Part shown: positions 15,935 through 25,790 of the stretch, in pieces
Position numbering within the stretch: the stretch's first letter is position 1
How the letters are laid out: each line of letters starts with the position of its first letter
IMG/VR virus record: IMGVR_UViG_3300037634_003749
Span: 1-35,747 of that record
Length of the DNA: 35,747 nucleotides
Strand: one strand, 5' to 3'
Source of the DNA: a virus
Lineage: Duplodnaviria > Caudoviricetes
The notes under the pieces: generated by a model
Databases searched by the model: none
Told to the model about the DNA's origin: nothing
The model's input: only the letters and a program-made list of their open reading frames with translations
Position numbers and translations under genes: made by a program

Positions 15935-17656
15935 TTAATATAGGTTTCGTCTGGTTCGGGTCGATGAGCTAGACTTCGAGGATTTTCCGCTAGCTGGCTG
16001 GCGCCCTTGTGTCCGTGGATCGGATTTCGAGGATTTTCCGTCGGGCGGCTTCCGGCCTTGGCCGCCCGGATCGGATTTCGAAGATTTTCCTCCGGGACCC
16101 TTTCGGCCTTGCTCGGGTGGATCGTACTTCGATGACTTCCCGGGATCTGGTATAGTCGTCCCGGGGGGTGTTGGGATAGCGACCGAGGGAATGACGGGGA
16201 TGGGGGATGCTGGGGATGTGACTGGTGGTACCTCGACGTCTGGCTCGGGGGCCGCGTCTTCAAAGATATTATTGTCCTCAAGCGCGATGCCGCCCTGGTA
16301 TGCTGCTGTACATAATGGTTCTGCACCTAACTCAACTCCAGTGTCTATTATATCAGTGATGCGGAGCTTGTCAAGGTCTATTTCTCTATTAATATTTCCG
16401 TAGTTTACTGGGTATATATATACTCGATAGATCTGATTTACAAAATCGAGCACGTTTCTCATCGCTGTATGGTTTTTATTAGGTCGTTGGGCATAAACGT
16501 CATAGGCCCGTAAAGCTGCATTCTTTAAGGAGGGGTAACTGTACTTACTCTCCGCATGGCGCAAACTAATATATAAATCAATTAAAAATTTATCATCGAG
16601 GTGGTTTACGAGCGCAGCAGTCGATGGATCCCGGAAAGCGCTCTTATCTTGATAAGGATCGCTAGCGCAATCGGGACGGAAGAGAACTTTGCTTTCCGCG
16701 TAGAGCGGCTTTTTTAATATGAGGCGCCCGTAGGCACGTTCAAATATATAGTGGAGGCCGTCAAAGCCTTTTGTATAGGCTTTGTTATAATAGATACTAA
16801 AGAAGTTGCTTTCATTTATATTATAACGTAATCCGTCAATCTCTATTTGATAAAGATCGGTATAATAAGAAAGCCCGCTGGTAAACACATCGGCCGTTAA
16901 AACCCACGGCATATTTTTGTCCACCAAGAACCCATATTTTTTAGCAGCTCTCACATAATAGTCAAAATTAGGATCATTAATATAGTCTACATATTTGGGA
17001 TAATCATCAGCAGCAGACTTGCGAGATATTGATAAGGTGAGTCCTGAAATATAAGAACTTACATTATTTGAAAGATAAAAGCTTTCTTGGTTAATGGGAT
17101 AGGTTTCTGCTACATACAGAAGATAAGATCTAAACAACGGAACAAAATCAGAAATATTTTTTATAATCTTGTCTCCTCGATCAATATGTTCAGAGGCAAA
17201 CGCATCGCCCATGCTGTCAATAAAAGCTTTCCACTTCCGTGACGGATCACTATAGCCCCGTACGGCCTTAATATTCCATAATTCCTTATTCCCATTACGT
17301 GCCAAACAATTATTTAAAAACGCGTCCTCCATATGTTCCGCGAAGGCATGAAAAGCCTGTTCCACAAAATTTAAACAATAGGTATTCGAATTTGTGGCTT
17401 TACGTACTGTTACCAAGTTGGACCGGTCCGCTACAATAGTATTCTGGCATCGGTCAACTCGTCCAAACAAGTTTTTATTATACCACGTATCGAGAGGTAA
17501 TGGAAACCCTTCTTTGTCGGGGTAAACAGCTTCCTTATAAACGCTTCGCTGAAAAAACTTAGCACTAGTGGCTAAGTTGTTCTGTCCCTGAGGATTCTGG
17601 ATATCGTTGAAAGTATAGGGAAAAGTATATTTATCGTTTTCACCATATCGCGGCAT
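15935..17656 (-). CDS. Hypothetical late (baseplate-region) protein with Pro-rich, repetitive C-terminal extension
   Basis: 573 aa, late motif upstream, last gene of the structural block. Confidence 0.75.
   Translation of the reverse strand: MPRYGENDKYTFPYTFNDIQNPQGQNNLATSAKFFQRSVYKEAVYPDKEGFPLPLDTWYNKNLFGRVDRCQNTIVADRSNLVTVRKATNSNTYCLNFVEQAFHAFAEHMEDAFLNNCLARNGNKELWNIKAVRGYSDPSRKWKAFIDSMGDAFASEHIDRGDKIIKNISDFVPLFRSYLLYVAETYPINQESFYLSNNVSSYISGLTLSISRKSAADDYPKYVDYINDPNFDYYVRAAKKYGFLVDKNMPWVLTADVFTSGLSYYTDLYQIEIDGLRYNINESNFFSIYYNKAYTKGFDGLHYIFERAYGRLILKKPLYAESKVLFRPDCASDPYQDKSAFRDPSTAALVNHLDDKFLIDLYISLRHAESKYSYPSLKNAALRAYDVYAQRPNKNHTAMRNVLDFVNQIYRVYIYPVNYGNINREIDLDKLRITDIIDTGVELGAEPLCTAAYQGGIALEDNNIFEDAAPEPDVEVPPVTSPASPIPVIPSVAIPTPPGTTIPDPGKSSKYDPPEQGRKGPGGKSSKSDPGGQGRKPPDGKSSKSDPRTQGRQPASGKSSKSSSSTRTRRNLY
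15974..16141 (-). repeat. 51-nt (17-aa) tandem repeat, about 3.3 copies: GKSSK(Y/S)DPxxQGRxxxx
   Basis: ttcga(g/a/t)ga(t/c)tt(t/c)cc recurs at 15975, 16026, 16077 and 16128. Confidence 0.9.
16347..16374 (-). promoter_or_regulatory. Consensus sigma70 promoter opening the replication arm, internal to the 573-aa gene
   Basis: TTGACA-16nt-TATAAT with TGn extension. Confidence 0.75.
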
Positions 17657-17675
17657 TAGTCAGATCTCCTCTGTA

Positions 17676-17683
17676 ATAAGTAG
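17676..17683 (-). promoter_or_regulatory. Late-promoter-like motif variant CTACTTAT
   Basis: Intergenic, upstream of SD GAGGAG and ATG 17656. Confidence 0.55.
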
Positions 17684-17696
17684 GGCATCCGCCGTT

Positions 17697-20600
17697 TTAT
17701 AACTTGTCTGCTGGCTTTACGCCGGTGCCGCCGGCGGCTGTACGGCCGTCGGTGAGGTCGGGATCAGCTCCCAACTCTTGCTCCATTTGCTCCCACCGCT
17801 TCTCCTCAGCCGTCTTGGGCTTTTCTTCGTTAGGGTTGTCGGCGAGGCTTGAGGTTTCTTCTCCATAAAGGGTTATATTGGTGATTTTATTCTGGGACAT
17901 GCTCATTCCCTCCTGCAGAGCCTCCACTGTAACATTGAAGCCGGCGTCACTAATGGTATGGGCCACCTTACTTACCATATGATAGCCACCAATACCTAAA
18001 ATACGCGCCAAGTTAGGAATAGAGCCTTGAGCCTTTCGATCGCCTAGGCCCACCCCAATAGGTTCGATATACAGATACTGGCCGTTTTTATGTAGAGTGT
18101 TTCCGATCATATCCATGGAGACTGTATAGAGTTCTCTCAGTTGTGTGGCGCTTAAATTGCCGGCTTTGCTCATGCGAGCCTCACGATAATAGGGCATGTC
18201 CATCCTATTAAACTTAATGGTTTTGTTTAATCCGCAGGCGCTACCGAGATAATAGTGGTATATTCCATTCTTCAGATCCGTCTCGTAATCGCCGCCTCTA
18301 GGCTTTGATGCACCGCAATAGAAAATAATAGTAGGAATTACGTTCTTCTTCCGTGGACTGAGTTGCTTCCGCGAACGTTCATCGGCTAGTTTTTTTGACG
18401 CGGCTAGCTCGTGAACGTCTGGAGTTTTACCTTTATATGAATCCGCTAAATTAAATGTAGTAATATCGAACTTTAAATGATATTTTAATGTGTTCTCAAA
18501 ACAAACATTATTGAATGCTTTACCAATCAAGCTGCTAGCAATATCTTTTACAAAGGATAAGAGTGTGTATGTTTCTCTTTGAGGGCGAATAACATGATTA
18601 ACGTACCACTCTTGAAAATATGTCAAAGAGATAGGGATGCTCCCGAGGTTGGTAGAAAATAATATTTTGGATATCTTCGAGCCGGCGAACCGCATAGGAT
18701 CTACTTGAGAAAGGGCTTCCACCACCCTCTTTGTCCGCTCTCCTCCTTTGCACTCAATCTCTAGATTTTTAACCTGGAACCCCAGAAGAGGGTCCATTAC
18801 CTCAACGTCTCCCAAAAGCATTTGGAGGCTACCGTTGCTCCCATTTTTCTCCACTACAATGTGTTGAAGCTCCTTTAAGATGCCGTCTAGTAAGTCCCCT
18901 AAATAAAAATATGGTACACTAATTGCGCCGGCGTTGTCTTTTTTCAATTGAATGCTAGCATATCGTTCGAACTCGTCCCCTCCCTCTAAAGCGTTCCTCT
19001 TGGTGTTCCCGTCTGTGCTGCTAAAATTGGCCAACTCCTTTAAAAGCGTGTCGTCCACGTTGTCGGTCTGGGTGGGCTCGCCGAAACCGCGCGCTACTGG
19101 ATCAGAGGATTGGCGTGTTTTGGCCATCTGGGCCCTTTTTTCGGGGTCTGGTTCCTGGCTGATGAGGCCGTCTTTATATGTATCTGCATTAATTTTGATA
19201 CTATAGATTTTGTCGGTATCGTAGAGTATCTTCAGAAACTTTCTATACTTTTCCATCTTATCTTGCTTACGCAGTTCAGATGCCGTCTTTGCGGCCTTCT
19301 CGGACTTGGTGGCGGCCAGCTTGTTGTCCGCGTCATCGGCACCGCCCCCAGAGTCTTCTTGTTTTTTCTGTTCTTCCTTTGCCTCTTTTTCCGCTTCCTC
19401 TGCGGCCTCTCTTCTCTCGGTATAACTTGTTTCGCCCTCAAAAATATCAGCTTTTTTCTCACGCATGATCCCAGATAAAGCTGCTTGGTAATCAATAGAG
19501 AGTTCGACGGTTGCATCATCTTTAAAATTAAGTTGGTGTCGAGTGACCTGCAGATAAAGCGCAGTCTGAGTGGCTTTAATAGCGGCCCTAAAGGCTGTGG
19601 CCTGGTCGCCATTCATACTGGTAGCGGCAACAATAGTCTCGATAGATTCTGGGACTGACCATCCTACCAGTGCTTTTATTCTAAAGCGGGCACCCTCATA
19701 TTCTTCATGGAGGACATCACAGAGCGTGGCATTTTTAGGAATGGGCCTATCAAGAGGCTTTTTATCTTTAGACGTACGCGCTCCTGAGCCAATTATTAAG
19801 TCTAGGTAGCCAGCTTGTTCGCGTCCTGCTTTAAGATCATAGTCTCCATTATCCTTTTTATTCAGAGCAAACAAATCTTGAATGCTTTGAAAATGTAGTA
19901 CGAGGTTGGCCGATATATTATTATCTACTTCAGCGGGGTTGATGCCATCCAGAGACCACGAAAAAGATTTAATTCCGGCGCCAGGGATTCTGCCATGGCC
20001 CAACATATCTATATCTGCCGGATTTATGAACGACGGAAAAGGAATTTCAGTTTCGCGGTAGGGCTCGAGGTAATCATCTCCCTTATAGTCAACCCGATAT
20101 ATTCTTATTAACGGAGACAAGAGAGCATAAGCATCGGGACACGTGGCTAAAAGCGCCTTGACGGCCTCGTCCTTGTTTCCGTGCTGAAGGAAAGAAATTA
20201 AGTTTCCAGGGTTCTTGGATTGATCCTTCACGCGGCCGAGATATTCATAACCGGCGGCGTTGTTCTTGGTGCTGGTAATATAGCTAATATTTTCCATCAA
20301 GAAACACTGAAGATCAAACGGTTTTAAAAACCCCCCATAACGAGATATAGCATCAGGTCCTTCTTTGACGGGGTCTTGACTTACGAGAGGACGCGTCACA
20401 TCAGGGGTTGGGACGAAGTCGCCCGGGTCCGTATCTCCCACCATGTCTTTAAGAATCTCATCGACAATGGCGTGAACACGCTGGGCGAGAAGGTCCGGGA
20501 AGTTGCGAGCAATCCTAGATATAAATTTCTTTGCGAAGGCGGTCCAGTTGCGGTCAGTAACATAACCCCTTCTATCAACATTAAAGACCGTATCCTGTGG

Positions 20601-21380
20601 ACCAAACCACTGCTTTAGAGGGGTGTCATTCTTCGTAATGGCAGCCGTTTGCGCTGGCTTGCCGCTGCCGGCGCGGGCCGCGGCCACAGTCGAGAGATAT
20701 TTGTCCCATGGCAGATTTGCACTTGAGAACATGCCCGGATCCGGGGATGACCAGTTCTTCTTATGGAATTTACCTTGTACAGGCGAAGGCTTTGCCACAA
20801 TAATAGCTCTCCACCGAGAACTTCCCGCATTACCCAAGTACCAGCCACGCGGGGCGCCCCCGAAAAGGGCGCCGCCATAGTTAAACTGACCGACCGTAGC
20901 GAAAAGGTTCATGCCATATATTAAATCATTCTTGTTTAGACTGGTCTGCCCCCCAAGGACGTCTGCGCCCTGGCCGTAAAGGGGCGCGTAGGCGCTTATG
21001 TCATGATAAACTCCCTGGGCAACATAGAAAGCGCCCTTGCCTTCTCCACTGTGCAAGCTATTAAACTTGGATACCACCGCCTTAGACTTGGCGGTTCCAG
21101 TACCAGAATACATACTATTAATTTTTAGATTAACTTGAGAGAACTGCTTCTCATTAATAAAGCCCACATAGTCTGAGGCATTTTCGGAGGATGATTTACC
21201 GGGCTTTAAAAACCCATAGGTTGGGTGGTCTGCGAAAAGATTAATATTCTGTCCATAGGGTGCAGCGCTGTTCTCCTTAGTTACTTCCATTGTCAGAAAC
21301 AGGTCTACACACGCAGGCACAACCTCATTGAGCCACTTGCGCTTCCACGTTTCGATCTCGTTATTACTCGTGGCTACCAT
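17697..21380 (-). CDS. Large baseplate hub-like structural protein
   Basis: 1227 aa directly after the LysM gene; C-terminal YTVSMDMIGN...GQYLYI...GGYHMVSKVAHTIS..GFNVTVEA resembles the gp27/gpD/VgrG hub beta-barrel end. Confidence 0.6.
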   Translation of the reverse strand: MVATSNNEIETWKRKWLNEVVPACVDLFLTMEVTKENSAAPYGQNINLFADHPTYGFLKPGKSSSENASDYVGFINEKQFSQVNLKINSMYSGTGTAKSKAVVSKFNSLHSGEGKGAFYVAQGVYHDISAYAPLYGQGADVLGGQTSLNKNDLIYGMNLFATVGQFNYGGALFGGAPRGWYLGNAGSSRWRAIIVAKPSPVQGKFHKKNWSSPDPGMFSSANLPWDKYLSTVAAARAGSGKPAQTAAITKNDTPLKQWFGPQDTVFNVDRRGYVTDRNWTAFAKKFISRIARNFPDLLAQRVHAIVDEILKDMVGDTDPGDFVPTPDVTRPLVSQDPVKEGPDAISRYGGFLKPFDLQCFLMENISYITSTKNNAAGYEYLGRVKDQSKNPGNLISFLQHGNKDEAVKALLATCPDAYALLSPLIRIYRVDYKGDDYLEPYRETEIPFPSFINPADIDMLGHGRIPGAGIKSFSWSLDGINPAEVDNNISANLVLHFQSIQDLFALNKKDNGDYDLKAGREQAGYLDLIIGSGARTSKDKKPLDRPIPKNATLCDVLHEEYEGARFRIKALVGWSVPESIETIVAATSMNGDQATAFRAAIKATQTALYLQVTRHQLNFKDDATVELSIDYQAALSGIMREKKADIFEGETSYTERREAAEEAEKEAKEEQKKQEDSGGGADDADNKLAATKSEKAAKTASELRKQDKMEKYRKFLKILYDTDKIYSIKINADTYKDGLISQEPDPEKRAQMAKTRQSSDPVARGFGEPTQTDNVDDTLLKELANFSSTDGNTKRNALEGGDEFERYASIQLKKDNAGAISVPYFYLGDLLDGILKELQHIVVEKNGSNGSLQMLLGDVEVMDPLLGFQVKNLEIECKGGERTKRVVEALSQVDPMRFAGSKISKILFSTNLGSIPISLTYFQEWYVNHVIRPQRETYTLLSFVKDIASSLIGKAFNNVCFENTLKYHLKFDITTFNLADSYKGKTPDVHELAASKKLADERSRKQLSPRKKNVIPTIIFYCGASKPRGGDYETDLKNGIYHYYLGSACGLNKTIKFNRMDMPYYREARMSKAGNLSATQLRELYTVSMDMIGNTLHKNGQYLYIEPIGVGLGDRKAQGSIPNLARILGIGGYHMVSKVAHTISDAGFNVTVEALQEGMSMSQNKITNITLYGEETSSLADNPNEEKPKTAEEKRWEQMEQELGADPDLTDGRTAAGGTGVKPADKL

Positions 21381-21426
21381 ATTTCTACTTCGTTAGTTTG
21401 CATGTACGGCGACATAATACTATATC

Positions 21427-21765
21427 CTAACCGCCATAATAGCCCAAGATTTTCTCCAGGGGAATGGGTATATAGACCACATCTCCTGGTGAGAGTTGTG
21501 ATTCTGTGGGCTTCTTATTATACTGAGCTATGACCCACCAGTATGTTGGCATGCCATAGTACTGTGAGGCTAGTTTGTAATAGCGATCGCCGACCTTCCA
21601 TATGTGCTGAATACGCTGAAGAGTGCGGATTTCGTCGGGCGTCGGGTAGTGCAGAATTGCCGTGTTATACTGCCTAATCTGTTTAACCCCTCTCTGCTCA
21701 AGGACTTTTTGATATTCTTCCATGTCATTTGTTAGAATGGTTCTGTCGTCGTATCGGGTTCCCAT
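21427..21765 (-). CDS. LysM-domain baseplate wedge protein (gp53/tail X-like); start corrected to ATG 21765
   Basis: HIWKVGDRYYKLASQYYG...WWVIAQYN...GDVVYIP; SD GGGGAG. Confidence 0.85.
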   Translation of the reverse strand: MGTRYDDRTILTNDMEEYQKVLEQRGVKQIRQYNTAILHYPTPDEIRTLQRIQHIWKVGDRYYKLASQYYGMPTYWWVIAQYNKKPTESQLSPGDVVYIPIPLEKILGYYGG

Positions 21766-21767
21766 GA

Positions 21768-22673
21768 TTAAGCTCCCCCAACTTCGCTTTCTTCCGCGGC
21801 TGCTTCGCCCGTGGAGACTTCGTCCGGATTGATCGCTGTGCCGTCTGAGTCCCACTCCCGGGCGCCCCATAAGTTAGGTGGCGCCTCGATTATAGGGGGG
21901 GCAGTTTGGGGGCCCGACCGATGGGGGAAGTTTTGCAGGACGTCCGCCTGTTCTTCGCTTCCGCCAAACACATAGTTCCCCTTCGAGTCTTTGCTCCATC
22001 CAACCAAATGCGTATGCAACACGGTAAATTCTAATTGTACGCTGTAATGTTGGTAGTTAAAGGTGTCCCGGCCGCCAGTGGGGCCGAAGAATTGTCCGCT
22101 TTCGATGGTAGGAGAATAGCTAAACCCATTGAGAAACCCTGTTAGTCCCCCTAATTCTTGACTATTTTCTATCATGTTGACCCAACCCATCTTTAATAAA
22201 GGAGGAGATACTATTACTCTTTGATTCAGAGCTAGATTTTTTTGGTTCTTGCCTCGGCCGACGGTTTCGGGTGAATATACCGGATACAGAAACTGGGCTA
22301 TTTTATTAAGCTTTTCTTGGTTTGCGGCTGCTTCCAAGACATCGGCCGCGACGACGTCAAACTGAATGCTTATTTTTCTTCCTGTCCTTTGAAACGTGTA
22401 AAGATCATCCATACGGCCATAGACCGGGGTACCAGACCAAGTGGACTGGAACTGATCAGAAAACTGAGATACCCAGGCGTCTAGATCAATTCTCTTTTTA
22501 GTTGGAAGATGAGTAAAGTTGATCTGAAGGGTAGGATCTTTAATTCTAGCTGCGCCCTTCGGGGGTTGCCTGAATACGCCCCCATGGCCGAGCGGGGCAG
22601 TGCGCGCATAACGCATCGCATCTTCTTCACTAATATGGGGTAATTCTATACCATCGATCTTTATATTTGCCAT
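21768..22673 (-). CDS. Baseplate / tail tube initiator-like protein
   Basis: FSDQFQSTWSGTPVYGRMDDLYTFQRTGRKISIQF; lies between tape measure and LysM genes. Confidence 0.65.
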   Translation of the reverse strand: MANIKIDGIELPHISEEDAMRYARTAPLGHGGVFRQPPKGAARIKDPTLQINFTHLPTKKRIDLDAWVSQFSDQFQSTWSGTPVYGRMDDLYTFQRTGRKISIQFDVVAADVLEAAANQEKLNKIAQFLYPVYSPETVGRGKNQKNLALNQRVIVSPPLLKMGWVNMIENSQELGGLTGFLNGFSYSPTIESGQFFGPTGGRDTFNYQHYSVQLEFTVLHTHLVGWSKDSKGNYVFGGSEEQADVLQNFPHRSGPQTAPPIIEAPPNLWGAREWDSDGTAINPDEVSTGEAAAEESEVGGA

Positions 22674-22685
22674 CGTCTTTCTCCT

Positions 22686-25217
22686 TTACCTTGGTGCGCC
22701 CGGGGACCAGGGAAGCAGCGCGCTACGGCCCTGCGGCGATTGGAGTGCCTTAACGACCGTGGCGTCGACTTCTTCTTGACCTATATAGACCGTAACATTA
22801 ATTCCGCCTGCCCCATCTCCAGTACCACCGCCGAGGGCTTGCACGATGGGATTGGTTATGGTCTCTTTAAGCAGCGGCCCGAAGAGGCTCTTGAGGGCCA
22901 TATTCTTTACCATGTCCAGAATACCAAACCCCTGTGCAGCTTTCTTTCCGAGGAAAGTGGAGCCCATTGCGCCGGCTGCGCCCGACGCCATATTCATTGG
23001 CATGGCAGTGCCCATTAGCTGGGTGAGGGCGGCGGAGAGTCCTCCGCCAGGTTTACCAGCCAACAGTGTATCGTTGTCATGAAACGTCGTTACTTGTCCA
23101 TCTTTGAGAACAGCGCCATCATTCATGGCCGCAACGGTGCGGCCCGTATTACTGAATCCTCCTTCGGGGCCCGAAAAACCCAGGATGCCAGCGGCCTTTT
23201 CTAACAAATACCCAACTACACCAAAAGTCATATTGTTGGCTAAGTCCAACAGAGCGTGACCGAAGGCTTGTGCAAGACTCTTGCCATTGGCGAGATGTTT
23301 AACTAAGGATATAATTCCACTGATCAGCATCCCAACTGGGCCCATAAATACCAATATTTTCTGCCCTATGTCCATAAACGCTTGGCTCGTCGATAGGCCG
23401 GCATCTTTCATTTTCTTGAAGTGCCAGACGAGGAGGGCGATGCCGGCAACGACGCCGGTGATGATCGCTCCGATCGGGGTAACTGCAAATGCAGTATTAG
23501 CCGAAACCCAAGAAGCAACCATCGTGGCTAGACTCTTAATCCACCCCCATTTCAAAAGACTCATGGCATTCTTAATAGCCATTATCCCCTTAACGAGAGA
23601 AACAGTGAAGCCCAGGAACTTAACGGCGGCCAATCCGATTAAAATTTTCTTGAAGTCTTCGGTGATGTCACGGGTCTTCGTGAGTTTATCAATCCATTGC
23701 GTGAAATTTCTGATCATCTCTAAAATTTGGTTCAGTAAAGGCTGGTTTGCTTGGATGAGTGCTTGGAGCTGGAGAGTGAGACCTTCCATAGCAGATTTGG
23801 CGGCCTTCGCGCGTTCTTCGGCCTTCTTTTGTTTCTGAATCTGCTCCTCTTCAGCCGCCGTAAGGGCGCCCATCGATCGCCGCAAGGTATCCACATCGGT
23901 TCCCAGGGCCGCGGCAAAGGCCTTTTGCTCGTACTTGCTTAAATCGGAGAATATAACCCCAGACATGTCCACAGCCTCTTTCATCATGTCCATTCTCTCG
24001 GCTTCCGTGGCGTTGAGCATGTCAATTGAGTTAAGATAGGGGCCACCTAATAGGGCGTTCAACTTGCCGACTGCTTTGCCCGCGCCCTCAAAAGTATCGA
24101 ACTGCTCAGTGAGTCCCAAGATCTCGTCAATTGAAAGACCTGTGTCCTTAGACTGCATTTCGAGCTTGCGGAATACGTTGATCATGTCTGTTCCGTAGAA
24201 TGAGAGCTTTTTGCTTGCGGAAGCAAAATCTGCAAAAACATCGCTGACGTTCTTGCCTAGACTGACGGCAGTATCATCGAGCTGTTTTACAAGGTCCATC
24301 GATCCCTGAGCATCGTACCCCAGAGAAAGCATCGCGGTATCCAGAATCCCGGTGGTCACATCCATACTAACACCAAGTTGGTCATAGACCGCGACAGTGC
24401 TCGCCAGTTTGGTCTGCATCCCATCACTCTCACGCGTGAAAGTACTCATTCCTCCATACAGAGACTCCATGGATTTGGCAGCTTCATCAAATCCTACCCC
24501 GGCGGCCTGCAGATTATTACGAACGGCGCTTATGTTGTTGTTAAACTCTTTGCTGGCGCCAGTATTCTGGCGAAACTTAGCCTGAGCTTCGTCAGCTGCG
24601 AAGGCTACCTGCATAAACAGATCAAAGATCTTGAGCATGCCACCAGTGGCCATCTTCTGAATACTCGACCAATTAAACATTTCTTTGCTAAAACTCTTGA
24701 AGGCTTCGCCAGTAGTCGGCACAATTTCAAGGATCTTGCTGAGGCCGCCACTAAGACCGAATAAATTGTTCTTAAGTGTTTTGGCGCCCTGGGTTCCTTT
24801 TGCCTGTTCGGCATTGAGTTCCTTCTGGGCTTTTGTTAACTTCTTGAGCTTTTGTTCGGCTTTATCGGTCTCCACCTGCAACAGCCAGAGTTCTTTGGCT
24901 TGTTCTTTTGTCAGTTCGACCCCGGGCTCAAAGGTCTCTTTAAGAGCGCGCTCGGATGCCACGGCACGATCATATTCTATTTTCGCTAACTGCTGATTTA
25001 CCTCAATTAGGTCTCTTTCACTAACAGCAAGATCCCTCTCAACCTTGAGTAACTTTTCCCGGGCTTCGGGGGACATATAACCAGAGCCTCCGCCTAGGCG
25101 CCCCCCGCCGAGGTCGGATTCCGAGCCTTCAGACCTGTTCGCTTTTTTTAATTCCGCGAGGATTGCATTCAGAACAGTTGCGTCTGATGCGGTATCTGTG
25201 CCGTCTCCGTTAGCCAT
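22686..25217 (-). CDS. Tail tape measure protein
   Basis: 843 aa, coiled-coil and Ala/Gly/Met-rich, with hydrophobic segments (TPIGAIITGVVAGIALLV); canonical position. Confidence 0.85.
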   Translation of the reverse strand: MANGDGTDTASDATVLNAILAELKKANRSEGSESDLGGGRLGGGSGYMSPEAREKLLKVERDLAVSERDLIEVNQQLAKIEYDRAVASERALKETFEPGVELTKEQAKELWLLQVETDKAEQKLKKLTKAQKELNAEQAKGTQGAKTLKNNLFGLSGGLSKILEIVPTTGEAFKSFSKEMFNWSSIQKMATGGMLKIFDLFMQVAFAADEAQAKFRQNTGASKEFNNNISAVRNNLQAAGVGFDEAAKSMESLYGGMSTFTRESDGMQTKLASTVAVYDQLGVSMDVTTGILDTAMLSLGYDAQGSMDLVKQLDDTAVSLGKNVSDVFADFASASKKLSFYGTDMINVFRKLEMQSKDTGLSIDEILGLTEQFDTFEGAGKAVGKLNALLGGPYLNSIDMLNATEAERMDMMKEAVDMSGVIFSDLSKYEQKAFAAALGTDVDTLRRSMGALTAAEEEQIQKQKKAEERAKAAKSAMEGLTLQLQALIQANQPLLNQILEMIRNFTQWIDKLTKTRDITEDFKKILIGLAAVKFLGFTVSLVKGIMAIKNAMSLLKWGWIKSLATMVASWVSANTAFAVTPIGAIITGVVAGIALLVWHFKKMKDAGLSTSQAFMDIGQKILVFMGPVGMLISGIISLVKHLANGKSLAQAFGHALLDLANNMTFGVVGYLLEKAAGILGFSGPEGGFSNTGRTVAAMNDGAVLKDGQVTTFHDNDTLLAGKPGGGLSAALTQLMGTAMPMNMASGAAGAMGSTFLGKKAAQGFGILDMVKNMALKSLFGPLLKETITNPIVQALGGGTGDGAGGINVTVYIGQEEVDATVVKALQSPQGRSALLPWSPGAPR

Positions 25218-25227
25218 CGAAAACTAC

Positions 25228-25548
25228 CTAGTTCTTAAACGGCCATTTCAGGCCGGTTTCGTTTTCAAACTTGCCGACGGCGCCGTCGAGGCGGTGGCGA
25301 TAATTTAATGTTTTGGGGTCACTCAAGCCATGTTTAATATAACTGTCCATGTAGCGTCGCTCCCGCTTAAGGGCATCAAAAAAGCTTTCAATTTGAGCAT
25401 CTGTACCGCGGAGAGACATGGGAACTTCAACCCCTGCGTGCATCAGGCTGAGGAGCAGTTGGTTAACCTGCTTGGAGAATGCTGTATAAAACTGCCCCTC
25501 TTTCAAAAGAGGGTCGTTGAGGTCAATAATAATTTTTTCTTTAGACAT
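25228..25548 (-). CDS. Hypothetical late protein between chaperone and tape measure
   Basis: 106 aa, own late motif and SD GGAG, ends ETGLKWPFKN. Confidence 0.75.
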   Translation of the reverse strand: MSKEKIIIDLNDPLLKEGQFYTAFSKQVNQLLLSLMHAGVEVPMSLRGTDAQIESFFDALKRERRYMDSYIKHGLSDPKTLNYRHRLDGAVGKFENETGLKWPFKN

Positions 25549-25565
25549 GGTCGCGGATCTCCAAA

Positions 25566-25574
25566 ATAAATAGT
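25566..25574 (-). promoter_or_regulatory. Late-promoter-like motif ACTATTTAT
   Basis: Intergenic, just after a terminator. Confidence 0.65.
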
Positions 25575-25578
25575 TTCA

Positions 25579-25608
25579 CAAACAAAAATCCGCTCCTTTT
25601 AAGAACGG
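25579..25608 (-). terminator. Intrinsic terminator candidate
   Basis: CCGTTCTT-AAA-AGGAGCGG stem (with G-U pairs) followed by ATTTTTGTTTG. Confidence 0.55.
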
Positions 25609-25790
25609 CTCTTTGAGGAAGACTCTTCCATGGCTTTATTTTGCTTCTCGAACTCTTCAATCAACCGCGTAAGAAACCACCTTCGTAGCTGAACAGGAAG
25701 ATTATAGGCCTCAAAGAATGACCACCCTCCGTAATGCTTCAGAGCAAAAAACTCTTCGTATACTACTGCTTGGTACTCACTTGTTAGGCC
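25599..25790 (-). CDS. Start-less 63-codon frame, probable frameshift extension of the tail chaperone (GT-like)
   Basis: GLTSEYQAVVYEEFFALKHYGGWSFFEAYNLPVQLRRWFLTRLIEEFEKQNKAMEESSSKSRS*; in the +1 frame, reached via the T7 run at 25791-25797. Confidence 0.75.
   Translation of the reverse strand, partial: GLTSEYQAVVYEEFFALKHYGGWSFFEAYNLPVQLRRWFLTRLIEEFEKQNKAMEESSSKSRS

Noticed and set aside
15974-16141. 51-nt repeats as a CRISPR array or replication iterons
   Set aside because: The period is a multiple of 3 with synonymous-type variation and no unique spacers; it is a coding repeat.
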